Shown here: piece after piece, positions 44,794 through 55,467 of the stretch
Position numbering within the stretch: position 1 is the first letter of the stretch
Layout: each line of letters begins with the position of its first letter
Assembly (NCBI GenBank): GCA_937625935.1
Contig: OW569347.1
Span: forward strand, 620,001-684,000
Direction of reading: 5' to 3'
DNA from: Tetramitus jugosus
Lineage: Eukaryota > Protista > Heterolobosea
DNA: 64,000 bases
Notes under the pieces: model-generated
What the model saw: the letters and a program-made list of their open reading frames with translations, nothing else
Databases searched by the model: none
Told to the model about the DNA's origin: nothing
Made by a program: the position numbers and the translations under genes

Positions 44794-45072
44794 ATGGCCA
44801 AATTGAACCAATCTGAAGTTAATGTTAACTGGGTCCTCGTCCTTATCCTCGGTTTCTTCGGACCAATCGGTGCTTTCATCAACTCCAAGATTTTGATGAA
44901 GATGGAAAACGCATGGTTGGGTTACACCGTCTTTGCTTTCATCCCATTGCTCAACTTGTTGTGCTGGATCGATTTGGCTTTGAAGGCAAAGAAGTTGCAA
45001 GAAGAAGGCTCCATTGACGAGTATGACCACGTCTTGGAATTCTTGGGTGGATTGCCATTGATGCACGAATAA
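44794..45072 (+). CDS. 92-aa small membrane protein (TM2-like), copy B
   Basis: Inverted duplicate of 44035-44313 with only 6 nucleotide differences, all synonymous. Confidence 0.85.
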   Translation: MAKLNQSEVNVNWVLVLILGFFGPIGAFINSKILMKMENAWLGYTVFAFIPLLNLLCWIDLALKAKKLQEEGSIDEYDHVLEFLGGLPLMHE

Positions 45073-45375
45073 ATGCTTTCCAAAGCAGCCAAGTAGATTG
45101 AATGAAACTATTTGATTCATTTCAGAATACTACTAATAAAAATCATTCAATTGAAACATACCTTTGAACTTCTTCTGCTGCACACAAACAATAATCACCA
45201 AGCATCGACGGTTGATGCTTGAAAATGATAACCACATCAGCCGTCACAATGGACATACTTTGGCGCCAAGCCGGAAAAATTCAACTACGAAACGGCATGT
45301 GCATCCCGACCACGCTGCGAAATTTGAATTTTTCAATCAGTAGTAGTTGATTCACTTATTCTGTTCTCTTGGACC

Positions 45376-48127
45376 ATGATGCGAAAGATTAAGAAAACAG
45401 TGGCTCAACTCGGTTCACACAGACAGAAAAAGACGCCCCCTGAAGCTACGGTCACCATGACTGAGAATGCTCCTTCTTCTCCGGCGTACACCGAAGTGAC
45501 AATCACTCGGCCGAATCTCACAGATACCACGAATACCGGCACAGTTGATAATCAGATTATCATTGCCAACGACAAGAGCATTGACATGTCAAAATCTCAG
45601 TATGAGTTTGTGAGAGAGATAGGATTGGGATCCTTTGGAAAAGCAATCCTAGTGAAGAAGCGGGTAGGTGGACAGCAATTTGTTATGAAGAGAATTAACA
45701 TGAACGAAATGAGTGAAGATGAGAGACAGGGTGCAATGAATGAAGTCAAGGTGCTACAATTATTGAAACATCGGAACATTATTTCCTATCATGAGTCGTT
45801 TCAGAGTGATGATGGTTATTTGAACATTATCATGGATTATGCAGATGGTGGAGACATGTTTCAGAAGATTAGGAACGCTGGTTGTCGATGGTTTGATGAA
45901 GATGTATGTTTGTGCATCTGTATGTTATCATTGTTGGCCAGAGGAGTGGAGTGACTAATGATTCTCGTTTTTATGTTTCACAAAATAGCAAATCATAGAT
46001 TGGTTCATTCAAATCGCATTGGGTTTGAAGCACGTGCATGATAGCAATATCTTACACAGAGACTTGAAAACACAAAACATATTTCTGACGTCAGACAATA
46101 CTGTAAAGTTGGGTGATTTTGGTATAGCGAAGATCTTGAATTCACAAACTGAATTCGCGAATACAGTCATAGGAACTCCATACTATTTGTCTCCCGAGTT
46201 ATGCGAGGATAAACCATACAATCAAAAGAGCGATGTTTGGGCTCTCGGGTGCGTTTTGTATGAAGTGACCACTCTGAAACATGCTTTCAACGGACAGAAT
46301 CTCCCTGCCCTGGTATTAAAAATCGTCAGAGGGAGGTACCCGCCCATTCCTCCTCAATACAGCAATGATTTAAAGGAACTGATATCTTCAATGTTACAAA
46401 AGGATCCAGATTTGAGGCCCAGTATGGAGGAAATATTATCACAACCATTTATTCAGAAACGAATATCCAACTTTATCATTTCGTTGAGTTCGTCAGGGTT
46501 GAAGAAGAAAAGCGAATCAACAGCGATAAATAATGAACTAAAAGCGGACGTTGCTCCAACGAACAATGAGATAGAGAGTAAGGAAAAGAAGGATATTCAG
46601 AATAAGAAGGACAATGAATGGTTAGAACTGAAGCAGAAGGAGTTAATGAGCATGTACAAGAACCTCCATCCTTCGAAGAAATTCGCACTTGATTCAACAC
46701 CAGAGAGAGTTACTGCAACAGAAGAGAGAAAACAATTAATGAACGAGAAGAAAAAGCAACGAATACAATACTATGGCCAAAGGCTCGCAGAGAGGAAGAA
46801 CATTACAGTAAATCCCACTACTATCAACTCTTCAGAATCAACTACAACTCAAGAAGTAGTGCAACCTACTCCAATTGTGCAACAGAAACCTCCTTCTCGA
46901 GTTCCAAAGATTCAAGCTCAACGACTTGATCCCTCACCTCCTCAACCACTTGTTTCAGAACACAATCCTTTCTTATCGAACAGAGAGCAAGTATTTGCCA
47001 AGAAAGTCTCAGGTCAAAACGATGAAGAGAACTCCAAGAACGAGCGAATAAGGAAGCAGCAAGAAGCAAGAAATTTAAAACAACAAATTGAAGAGGAATC
47101 AAAGCTCACTGATGCTCGGTCGAGGTTGGAGAAAAAACAAGAGGAGAAAGAAAGGGAAAAATGGTTGTCACAAATGAAAGAAAATGACATAAATGAACGG
47201 AAGAAGAGATACTTGGAGGAGAAGAAGTTAGAAAAGCAAAAGAAACAAGAGGAGGAGAGAAAGAAAAAACTTGATCATCAGAAGAAGATGAAAGCAATTA
47301 AGGATCGAAAGAAGCAGCTTAACGCGAATATTAGTAGTGATACAGGCACTGATACGTCAGATAGTACTACTATTCCAGCTAGTAATGAAAGGTTCATTCT
47401 TAAAAAGGTTGACCATGAGAAAGACTCACCAGTTGACCCACAAAAGGAAGAGGAGCGGAAAAAGACTCAACAGCAACACAGACAAGATCTAAAAGCGTTC
47501 ATCATGGCTCAGAAGAAAAAGGGTAAAGCGGATGTCTCAGTGGATGTTGTGGTGCCAACTTCTCCTCGCTGTATTAATTCTTCTCCCAAAGTGATGAAGG
47601 AGTGGGATAGTGTTTTCGAGGTGAAGGAGTTGCAGGATAACCCAAATGAACAGGAGTCTTCTTCAGTTTTCGAAGAGGAGGTTGTTTCACAAATAGCTAC
47701 CAAAAAAGATGAAGAGTGTGAAGAGGATTCCATGACTGATTTGAGTGATAGCAATGAAGTACAAGAAGAACCTCAACCTCTCCTCAAACAATCAGAGGTA
47801 GAATCTAAAAAAGACGATATTGTGCGGTATCTTCTAGAGCACAACCTCCAACTCAATGCTCCGTTGCAGCAGACTATCGTACAAGACAAACAACAAAAGT
47901 TGAGCATCAGGATAGAGCATTTGAGAGAGTATTGTGAAAGAAAATTTGGTGAAGAGTTATTCTTGAAGCTCTACAAGCATTTGCGGGATGTTGGGGAGAA
48001 CGATGATGACGACAAGGTTGACGAAGGTTTACATCGTGTTCTAGGTGAGGATGCTTCAAGACTTTATCCCTATATACAAAAAGTGCATCAGCTCATTTTC
48101 TGTGAAGATATTTTTTATGCCCACTAG
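45376..48127 (+). CDS. NIMA-related kinase (NEK1/4/5-like); exons 45376-45903, 45989-48127
   Basis: [43 protein letters not shown]; coiled-coil middle and the NEK C-terminal [13 protein letters not shown] domain. Intron 45904-45988. Confidence 0.93.
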
Positions 48128-48165
48128 TGTAGTAAGTCATTCTCAATACATGCAATCGTTCGATA

Positions 48166-50691
48166 TTATTCAGAAACTATCAAGTAGGTTTGTTGTTCGA
48201 CAAAGCTTGAGAGCTTCTTAAATTCTCTCAAAGTTGTTTCCTTCACAGATAGTGATACAAAGTACAGAATGGAGTCTGCTGGAATATTTGTGGTTGCAGG
48301 AGCGATTACTCTGCATTGAATGGGATAACTCTCTATTCTTTGCAGTTCAAACAAGGCTACAACTGGACTCGATTCTGAAGTGCAATAAATTTTCTCAATC
48401 TTTGCGTCATAATGTGCTCCATTACTCTGAATGATGTGGTAATACTCGCCAACTTGTAGCGAGGACTCAAATCGTCTGTTAATTTTAACTGCTGAGAAGG
48501 TTGTATGATTTAAGAGGTGCTTCGATCCAATAGGTGTAATGCTACTATCTACGGATGATGTTTTTGTTGCTGCATCCTTGTTAAAGTCAAGGACGCGGGC
48601 CACAGTTGACTCGTTTTGGGTACTCTTTTTTGGTTTTGGCTCTTGTGGCGGCACTGGTAAAGAGGTACCATCCATCTCTTCCAGATCATAGATTTTGATA
48701 GAGTCTCGAATAAATTCAGTACTAATAACTCGAGCACCAGACTCTCTATCAACAGTTTCATATTGTGCTCTCTCTTCATCGAAAATAAAATTGATACGTG
48801 ACACAGGCTTGTTATTCACAATGATTGCTCCACAGAGTCTCAGGAGGCCAATAAAGTCACGAATCTTTGGTTGTGCTGGACTGCTTGACACCAACACTTT
48901 TTTCCTGTAGAATATTCGGTTGACCACTTGGTTGCTCACACAGTAGCTAGATGTAAAGTCTTCAATGGTTCTTGGTAGCTCTTGCGAAGTTTGGACAGGT
49001 GGATCTACTGTTTTATCAATAAAACAGGGAAGTTGATGCGTATCTCGAGGTAGAACTATTTGTTGGGCTGATATACATTCATAAAACCACGATAACTTGA
49101 GCAATGGAATGTCGATAGCGAGGGCAGCAAGGTATCCAGGGGTGGTACAGCACTCTTGGGCTAGCATAATGATCTTTCTACTCTCTAACATGTCACTAAA
49201 CAAGTCTTTTGTCTCCAGTAGTGTTCCTCCATATTCTTGCATCGCATCCAAAAGTTGATCCTTCTCGGGTCTTGTCAATTTTGTTGTTGCGAACTCAATA
49301 CCATCAAATAAGCTCATGAGCTTCTTTTTCGTTGATTTTGATGGAGTTCTGGAGTATCTGTTAGGGGTAGGACATTCTTCTTGAGTATCTTGTTGTGTTA
49401 CTGTACTTTGAGATGATTGTGTATGTCTCATCTTTCTTCTTCTTCTACCCAGTCGTTTGATGTCATCTTTACGGGAACGTACAATAGTACTTCGACGTTC
49501 GGTTTCTGACCCAGATGATGACAAGTCTTTTGAATCAGATGCATCATGGATACCCTTCAATTTCTTACTTGAGGTATGAAGCTCTTCGAGTGCTTCTTCT
49601 TTTGCTTGATTCTGAATGTCGAGCAATTGACGGCTAAAAGATTTCTTGCTGGATGACTTTGGTCCGTTAATAATTAATGTTTTCTGCTTCTTGTTTGGAG
49701 TTTGTTGCTCCAATGGGAGCTTTCTCTTCTTTTGTTGGGTTTTGGAGTAACTCTCATCAGAATCACTGGAGTGAGTATCAGTGGAGTACAATATTACTTC
49801 TATGCTTGGATCATCAAAGATTACAGATTCTCTCAGTTCCATCGTTTGATCTTCTACAATTTCAATGTCTTGATTTTTCTCAGTCAACATGAGTTCAATA
49901 TCTTGTTCTACGATGTCAGCTTCTTTTAATTTTTTCTCCCCTTTCAACCCTTCTTTCTCCTTGTTGACCACGGTTGTCAGCTCCTCACTTGCACAAGTTA
50001 ATGGAGGGATAATATCTTCAGGCGAGTCACCAAAATGAAAGGTTTGAGAGCTCTCCTTCTCTACTGGTGGAATGTTGAGAGTCCCGGCCATAAAACTACT
50101 CGTTTCCTCATTTGTCATCGAATCACTATCTTCAGAGTCACACTCATCATCATCAGCACATTCATCCTCCATGTACAAATCCATTTGAGTATCTCCAATA
50201 AGGACTTGAGATGGTTGTTCATTTGCATAGTCATTTCGATTTTGAATTGTCACGTTGTGTTCCGGTTGTTTATCCATGACGGGAGTGTCTTTCTGTGCAT
50301 CATCATCAGCATTATTCAAAGTGGAAGTGGTGGTAGAGGTCAATTGGTTGGTTATTTGTTCATCGCTCGCTGTTTCTGCTGCAGCGACTGCCGAGTCAGA
50401 GTCATTTAGAGTATTGACAAAGGTGAGATCAGTGTTGGCCATTGTGCATTGCAATTGGAGTGAGAAAGAGCAGTGAAGATTGGAGTGTTCATCTGATTCA
50501 CCTCGTTGGAGCATGGGTGGATCGTCCTCGGCAGGTGGTTCGATGTCTTCCATAGTGTTGGCAGGCACTTGGTCCATGAGCAATGGGTCAGATTCTTTTG
50601 GAGGCATGGATGGTGGTGCCACCATGTCATTTGCAGTATCAGTTGTAGTCATAGCTATGGAGAGGTCACATGTGTTTGGTAGAGAATCCAT
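48166..50691 (-). CDS. Tandem-BRCT protein (53BP1/Crb2-like BRCT pair) with acidic N-terminus and a possible BAH-like C-terminal domain
   Basis: LFDGIEF..T, YGGTLL, YLAALAIDIPLLKLSWFYEC (BRCT1); IFYRKKVLV, LCGAIIV, VISTEFIRDSI (BRCT2); SQ/TQ cluster upstream. Confidence 0.65.
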   Translation of the reverse strand: MDSLPNTCDLSIAMTTTDTANDMVAPPSMPPKESDPLLMDQVPANTMEDIEPPAEDDPPMLQRGESDEHSNLHCSFSLQLQCTMANTDLTFVNTLNDSDSAVAAAETASDEQITNQLTSTTTSTLNNADDDAQKDTPVMDKQPEHNVTIQNRNDYANEQPSQVLIGDTQMDLYMEDECADDDECDSEDSDSMTNEETSSFMAGTLNIPPVEKESSQTFHFGDSPEDIIPPLTCASEELTTVVNKEKEGLKGEKKLKEADIVEQDIELMLTEKNQDIEIVEDQTMELRESVIFDDPSIEVILYSTDTHSSDSDESYSKTQQKKRKLPLEQQTPNKKQKTLIINGPKSSSKKSFSRQLLDIQNQAKEEALEELHTSSKKLKGIHDASDSKDLSSSGSETERRSTIVRSRKDDIKRLGRRRRKMRHTQSSQSTVTQQDTQEECPTPNRYSRTPSKSTKKKLMSLFDGIEFATTKLTRPEKDQLLDAMQEYGGTLLETKDLFSDMLESRKIIMLAQECCTTPGYLAALAIDIPLLKLSWFYECISAQQIVLPRDTHQLPCFIDKTVDPPVQTSQELPRTIEDFTSSYCVSNQVVNRIFYRKKVLVSSSPAQPKIRDFIGLLRLCGAIIVNNKPVSRINFIFDEERAQYETVDRESGARVISTEFIRDSIKIYDLEEMDGTSLPVPPQEPKPKKSTQNESTVARVLDFNKDAATKTSSVDSSITPIGSKHLLNHTTFSAVKINRRFESSLQVGEYYHIIQSNGAHYDAKIEKIYCTSESSPVVALFELQRIESYPIQCRVIAPATTNIPADSILYFVSLSVKETTLREFKKLSSFVEQQTYLIVSE

Positions 50692-50807
50692 GATGCTTGT
50701 GTTTGTTATTGTCCAAAAACTTCCATCATTTTTGTGAAGTGTTTTTGGGTTGTAACGGTCAAGTTTTTGGTACCGTCGGTCATTTATTGATTTTCTCCGT
50801 CATTGAG

Positions 50808-52487
50808 TCAATTACGATAAATTTGATCCATGAAGGCGGTGAGAAAGTCTTCGAGCAGGTCAGAGTCAACCTTCTCTACTTTTGCAATCATTCCATACAT
50901 GGCTACTGTTCCTGTTGTTTGAAATTCAGAAGCATTCTGTTTCACGTACTCTAGACTCTCTCGGAAATCTGTGACAAATTGTTGCTTGACTTCAGCATGT
51001 TGCGGCATAGCAGTCAAGTGAATGGAATCTGGGCGGCGCTGACGATCGATATGCCATCCTTTTTGTTCCATTTTGTCTGCTACTGCGAAGATGTTCACTG
51101 AATTGGACTTGAAGGCAATTACACTCATCAGAGGATCTCCCAAAATTTCAATGTCGTCCAGTTTCGATATCTCTGATTGGATGTATGAACGAACGTCTAA
51201 TACACACTTGGTGGTTGATATGAATCCTTTCATTCCCATTGCTTTCAAGCTTGCCCATGCAGCAGCAATTGGACCACCACCACGCGAGCCCATCAATGTT
51301 GGAGAGATGTAAAATCCACCCGGCCAGCTAGTTGAAGCATAGAATTGATATTTACGAATTTCTGGATCGCGGTATAGTAACACACTAGCACCCTTTGGTG
51401 AATACCCATACTTGTGCAGGTCAGCAGAAATGCTTGTAACTCCCTTCAACCTAAAATCAAAAGTTTCGATCTTGTGGCCGAGCATTTCTACAAATGGAAG
51501 AACGAATCCGCCTATGCAAGAATCGACATGCAAAGGTAGTTGATATTTGAGGGCCAAATCCGATAATTGAGTGATAGGGTCAATGATTCCATGAGGATAC
51601 TGAGGAGCACTTCCTATCAACAATATTGTGTTCTTTGTAATTGCTTTCTCAGTAGCCTTCATATCCATCTTCATAGTTATCGTATCGAATGGAACAAACA
51701 CCAACTTCATATTGAAGTAGTGAGCAGCCTTGTATATGGCAGGATGAGCTGTATCACATAAGATAACCTCAGGTTCGATAATATGAGGGTTCAATGCACG
51801 TGCTCTATCACGATAGCATTTCATCATTAATAACAACGATTCTGTACCGCCGCTTGTCACAGAGCCAACAACATTCATACCTTCAGTTGTTGCATGGAAT
51901 AAAGGTTTACACATAGCAATAATCTCATTTTCCATTCTTCTGAGACTCTTGAAAGCCATTGGACTGAGTGCGTTCGTGTGAATAAACAGATTGTGTGCCT
52001 TGCTCACAAAATCAGAATGCTCATGACTCTTTTCATAAATATAGGCCCATACTTTGCCCTCGCTAGGATTCACATCTCCCTCCTTCATATTCTTCATGTA
52101 CTCCAAGAGATTATCCAGATCAATACCTTCATCAGGTATGACAGCCAACTGTGGTTGATCGTGACTCAGAGTCGATCCACTTCCATCTTGTTGCTCTTCC
52201 TGGGGAAACAGGTCCCTCACTGTTTTCTCTGCTTCTGCATTGATTGTGGACTGAATGGCCTTCTGTCCGACAGATGTACTCTTAATGGCACCAGTCAATG
52301 AGCGCAACAGACCTTTGCGTGCAATTGCAGACAAGAAACGATATGCAGCATAAACAACGATGCAATGTTCAGCCAGTTGCACTTTTGATTGAGAAGAAAG
52401 GTATGCATGAACAGATTGCACAATCTGTTTGATGAAAAGGGAGGTGGATTGCACCTGATTTTCTTGTTGCTGTGACAAGGATGACAT
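50808..52487 (-). CDS. SGPL1: Sphingosine-1-phosphate lyase
   Basis: TSGGTES, AHPA..KAA.YF, SAPQYPHG, LHVDSCIGGF, SISADLHKYG (PLP Lys), WPGG.Y.SPT..GSR.GG. Confidence 0.95.
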   Translation of the reverse strand: MSSLSQQQENQVQSTSLFIKQIVQSVHAYLSSQSKVQLAEHCIVVYAAYRFLSAIARKGLLRSLTGAIKSTSVGQKAIQSTINAEAEKTVRDLFPQEEQQDGSGSTLSHDQPQLAVIPDEGIDLDNLLEYMKNMKEGDVNPSEGKVWAYIYEKSHEHSDFVSKAHNLFIHTNALSPMAFKSLRRMENEIIAMCKPLFHATTEGMNVVGSVTSGGTESLLLMMKCYRDRARALNPHIIEPEVILCDTAHPAIYKAAHYFNMKLVFVPFDTITMKMDMKATEKAITKNTILLIGSAPQYPHGIIDPITQLSDLALKYQLPLHVDSCIGGFVLPFVEMLGHKIETFDFRLKGVTSISADLHKYGYSPKGASVLLYRDPEIRKYQFYASTSWPGGFYISPTLMGSRGGGPIAAAWASLKAMGMKGFISTTKCVLDVRSYIQSEISKLDDIEILGDPLMSVIAFKSNSVNIFAVADKMEQKGWHIDRQRRPDSIHLTAMPQHAEVKQQFVTDFRESLEYVKQNASEFQTTGTVAMYGMIAKVEKVDSDLLEDFLTAFMDQIYRN

Positions 52488-52722
52488 TCGAATACCGTTG
52501 TTTTGAAATATGTTACACAACAGTGAAGTGGGTGGATGTTTGTTGTTTACTGAATCTAGTGGATTGTGATGAGGGAGTTCTGGTGGTGGTGTTTGTGCGA
52601 GGATAGTATGGGGTTTTCAGATGTTATCGCGCTGCATGATAACCACGACTGACGGGTGACGACATGGCATCGGACTAGGGGAAAAACTGGCACTTTACTG
52701 GTGTTGCTTCTTCGTAGCATTC

Positions 52723-53314
52723 TTACACTGAGAGAACTTTGATTCTTGTCTCTTTGTTTCTTTTTTCTTGGAGAGCTTTCTCCTTGAACTTCTAATGGAA
52801 CAAATGGGCAACAAAAAAGGTCAGCGATTCACAATTACATTGACTTCGAATTGTTGTTCAGACATACGGATAGTTGTGCTTTGTCTCTGCTGATTTCTTT
52901 CTTTTGAATAGACAAGTTCTCCTTGTCCACACTATGTAGTGATGTTTCTTGTTGAATTCTTAGAACCAGATCCTTCGTGTTCATTCTCTGGTCTTCCATT
53001 TGGAGGACAAGGTGTTCCTCTCGTTTGTATCCCATAGAAATCTGTTCATTTTCTTCTTTCAACTGAGATATTCGATTGTTCAAGTCATTTATTGCTGATT
53101 GTAGCTTTATCCTATTGGTGTTCAAATGGTCCAACTCTATGATGTTCTTGTTTTCTTCGCACTGTAACTTTTTGATGATTTCCTCGAAAGTTTTCCTTTC
53201 TTCTGTGCTTACTCTTAATTCTGCCTCCAATTTTCTTACTGTTGAATACGTGAGTCCTAGAATCTCTACAAATTCATCCTTTCGTATCTCTCTCTTGAAT
53301 TCTTCTTGTTTCAT
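52723..53314 (-). CDS. Small coiled-coil protein; probable exons 53314-52868, 52791-52723
   Basis: Heptad-rich ORF; intron 52867-52792 GTATGT...GCTGAC...ATTAG. Confidence 0.6.
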
Positions 53315-53418
53315 TATTGTTGGTCACCAACAATAGTTCCGAAATTGGCGGTCAATTGTTGTCCGGAGTAAGAAGAACTCTTCCATTCAGATATTCACTT
53401 GATATCTATAGCTAGAAG

Positions 53419-54990
53419 ATGTCATTCAACCCACTGAGAACTCCCAATGAGGGATGTTTTGTCGAGATCTGTCCTACAAAGTTCGAGAGCTTACCCTACT
53501 CTTTTCTCAAGCATAACAAGTCTGGCATTATCAATTCCAAGAAGGGTTTCAAGAAGAGTGTGAAGCCAGAGCATAGATACATGGATGGAGAAAAATCTTA
53601 TCGTGAGGGCAAGGTGAACATTAAAGACACAGATAGAAGGATTTTATCAAACATTAGGAACTGTGTTTCTCACTCTGACCGTATCTTATTTCTCACTTCT
53701 CAACAAACTCATCAAACGAGTGAAATGAGAAAGAACCGTGGTGACATTAAGAAGATGATCAATGAAGACACTTACGAGAATCGATTAGTCGGAGTGGTTA
53801 GAAGTGTAAATCACAAAAAGAAAACAGCAAAAGTTCGATTGTTGAATGCGAACGAATCCGAAGAGGAACAATACTCCTTCTGCTATCTTCGAGTGATATC
53901 AAGGGATGAGATGCGAAAAATCTTTAAGGCCAACATTGTGAACAAGAATGTAGCTCAAGTCGAGAAAGAAGTGAAGGATGGAACGAAAATTCAACAGATG
54001 ATCACAAATCAGAAAAAGGAAGAAGCGAAAAGAGTTAGTGAGACTGAAGCTTCCGTTAATGTTCATGGGAAAAATCTCTATATGTTGTTATCTGGGCATA
54101 GAAATACTGACAATCTTCTAAGTTCATTCCAAGAGCCTTCCTATGGATTGGATTCTTTAAGGAGAAAATCAATAGGTCAGAGCCTCGTTGACTTTCGAGA
54201 TAAAACCAGGCGAATCATGGCCAGTCAATTTGGAAGCCGTTCGACAGTTATTTTGAATCAACTGAGAGATGAACCGAAGAGATTCATTGTTGGGAACTCC
54301 TATGATGCCGTTGTGGACAATGTGAGGTGCCGGAAACTCTCTACTGGCGACATTGACTTTTACGAAAACGTGTACCTTGAACTCAAGGTCAATACGGAAG
54401 AGGGCAATGGCACAATGATGTTGAAACTCGATTTTATACACTTTATTAGTGCTTCTATACACACCAAAATACACTCAGAGTTTTCAAATGCTAGGGAGAC
54501 CAGTGAGAAGATTTATAGAACTTGCGTCAGAGAACTAGAAGATATGTTACTTGACAAACACGTTAAGTTCGTTCCCACGGTCGAGAAACCTGATCTATTT
54601 GGATGTATACATGCCAACCTGTACTACAACCAATCAGCAAAACAGTTTCTCGATCTACTCTCGAACGAATCTGGCTGGATTCAGGTGATTGTGTTGAATC
54701 GAGGGCTAGCAGCGATAGATCCAGAGTGTATCGGTCTAGAAGATGAGGAATACAATCAACTATTGAAGTCCCAACAATCAGCACAATCAAGCAAGAGAGG
54801 TATTTGGAGACACTACGAGGTTGTTGGGATCGATTCCCCTTCAAGGAGAAGGACCAGCACCTTTTTGCCGAATCGTTTGGTTCGCTCTTCAATGGAGCTT
54901 GGCCATCGGTCAATGTCTCCAAACGAAGAAAGATACGACAAGAATTATGTGATTCGATCTCATACCACTCAAGGTATCCATCGTTCTTGA
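53419..54990 (+). CDS. Protein with a degenerate staphylococcal-nuclease (SNase) domain and an N-terminal SH3/KOW-like barrel
   Basis: LEDMLLDKHV, DLFGCIHANLY, VLNRGLA, LLKSQQSAQSSKRGIW match the SNase C-terminal consensus (D.YGR.LA; L..GLA; A+..A+..+.G+W). Confidence 0.65.
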   Translation: MSFNPLRTPNEGCFVEICPTKFESLPYSFLKHNKSGIINSKKGFKKSVKPEHRYMDGEKSYREGKVNIKDTDRRILSNIRNCVSHSDRILFLTSQQTHQTSEMRKNRGDIKKMINEDTYENRLVGVVRSVNHKKKTAKVRLLNANESEEEQYSFCYLRVISRDEMRKIFKANIVNKNVAQVEKEVKDGTKIQQMITNQKKEEAKRVSETEASVNVHGKNLYMLLSGHRNTDNLLSSFQEPSYGLDSLRRKSIGQSLVDFRDKTRRIMASQFGSRSTVILNQLRDEPKRFIVGNSYDAVVDNVRCRKLSTGDIDFYENVYLELKVNTEEGNGTMMLKLDFIHFISASIHTKIHSEFSNARETSEKIYRTCVRELEDMLLDKHVKFVPTVEKPDLFGCIHANLYYNQSAKQFLDLLSNESGWIQVIVLNRGLAAIDPECIGLEDEEYNQLLKSQQSAQSSKRGIWRHYEVVGIDSPSRRRTSTFLPNRLVRSSMELGHRSMSPNEERYDKNYVIRSHTTQGIHRS

Positions 54991-55467
54991 CATCAGATTG
55001 AGTTGGTGTTTGTTTGGAGAGTTCGCTTGACCTTTTTGGGTAAAACTCTTCTTTCCTGGATGCAATTCTGAAAGAGGAGAATGAAAAACAAACGAATGTT
55101 CTGGCTCTTAAAGAATTTCACAGCGTATCTGATTGAACTCGGTGTGATATATTCTGAACTCCTTTCGTTTGTTGGTGGTGCGATCCTTTTTGGTGCCACC
55201 AAACAAATCGCGCAATCCTTTTGGGGACACGGCACCTAAAGTGGATAAAGTGAAAGAACGAATGTTTGACTGTTCCACCTGAAAAATTCACCATATCCGC
55301 GAGATCAATTCCTTTTTCTCTCGAGCTCCAGCCATAACTGCAACCAATCGTCATTTGTCTTTGTGACAACCTACAACTGCGTGACAATTTTAAGAAGCTT
55401 TGTGGTTGAATTTTACACCTAACCAAAAAACAATCTCCAAGAAAACCAATAACCACTCCTTCTTATC

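Noticed and set aside
44041-45120. ORFs 44041-44334 (+) and 44557-45120 (-)
   Set aside because: Antisense shadows of the duplicated 92-aa gene; the differences between copies are synonymous in the 92-aa frame.
7683-50691. A DNA-repair gene cluster (RAD9, RecB-like, TDP2-like, BRCT)
   Set aside because: The genes are scattered over 43 kb among unrelated genes; compatible with chance in a compact genome.
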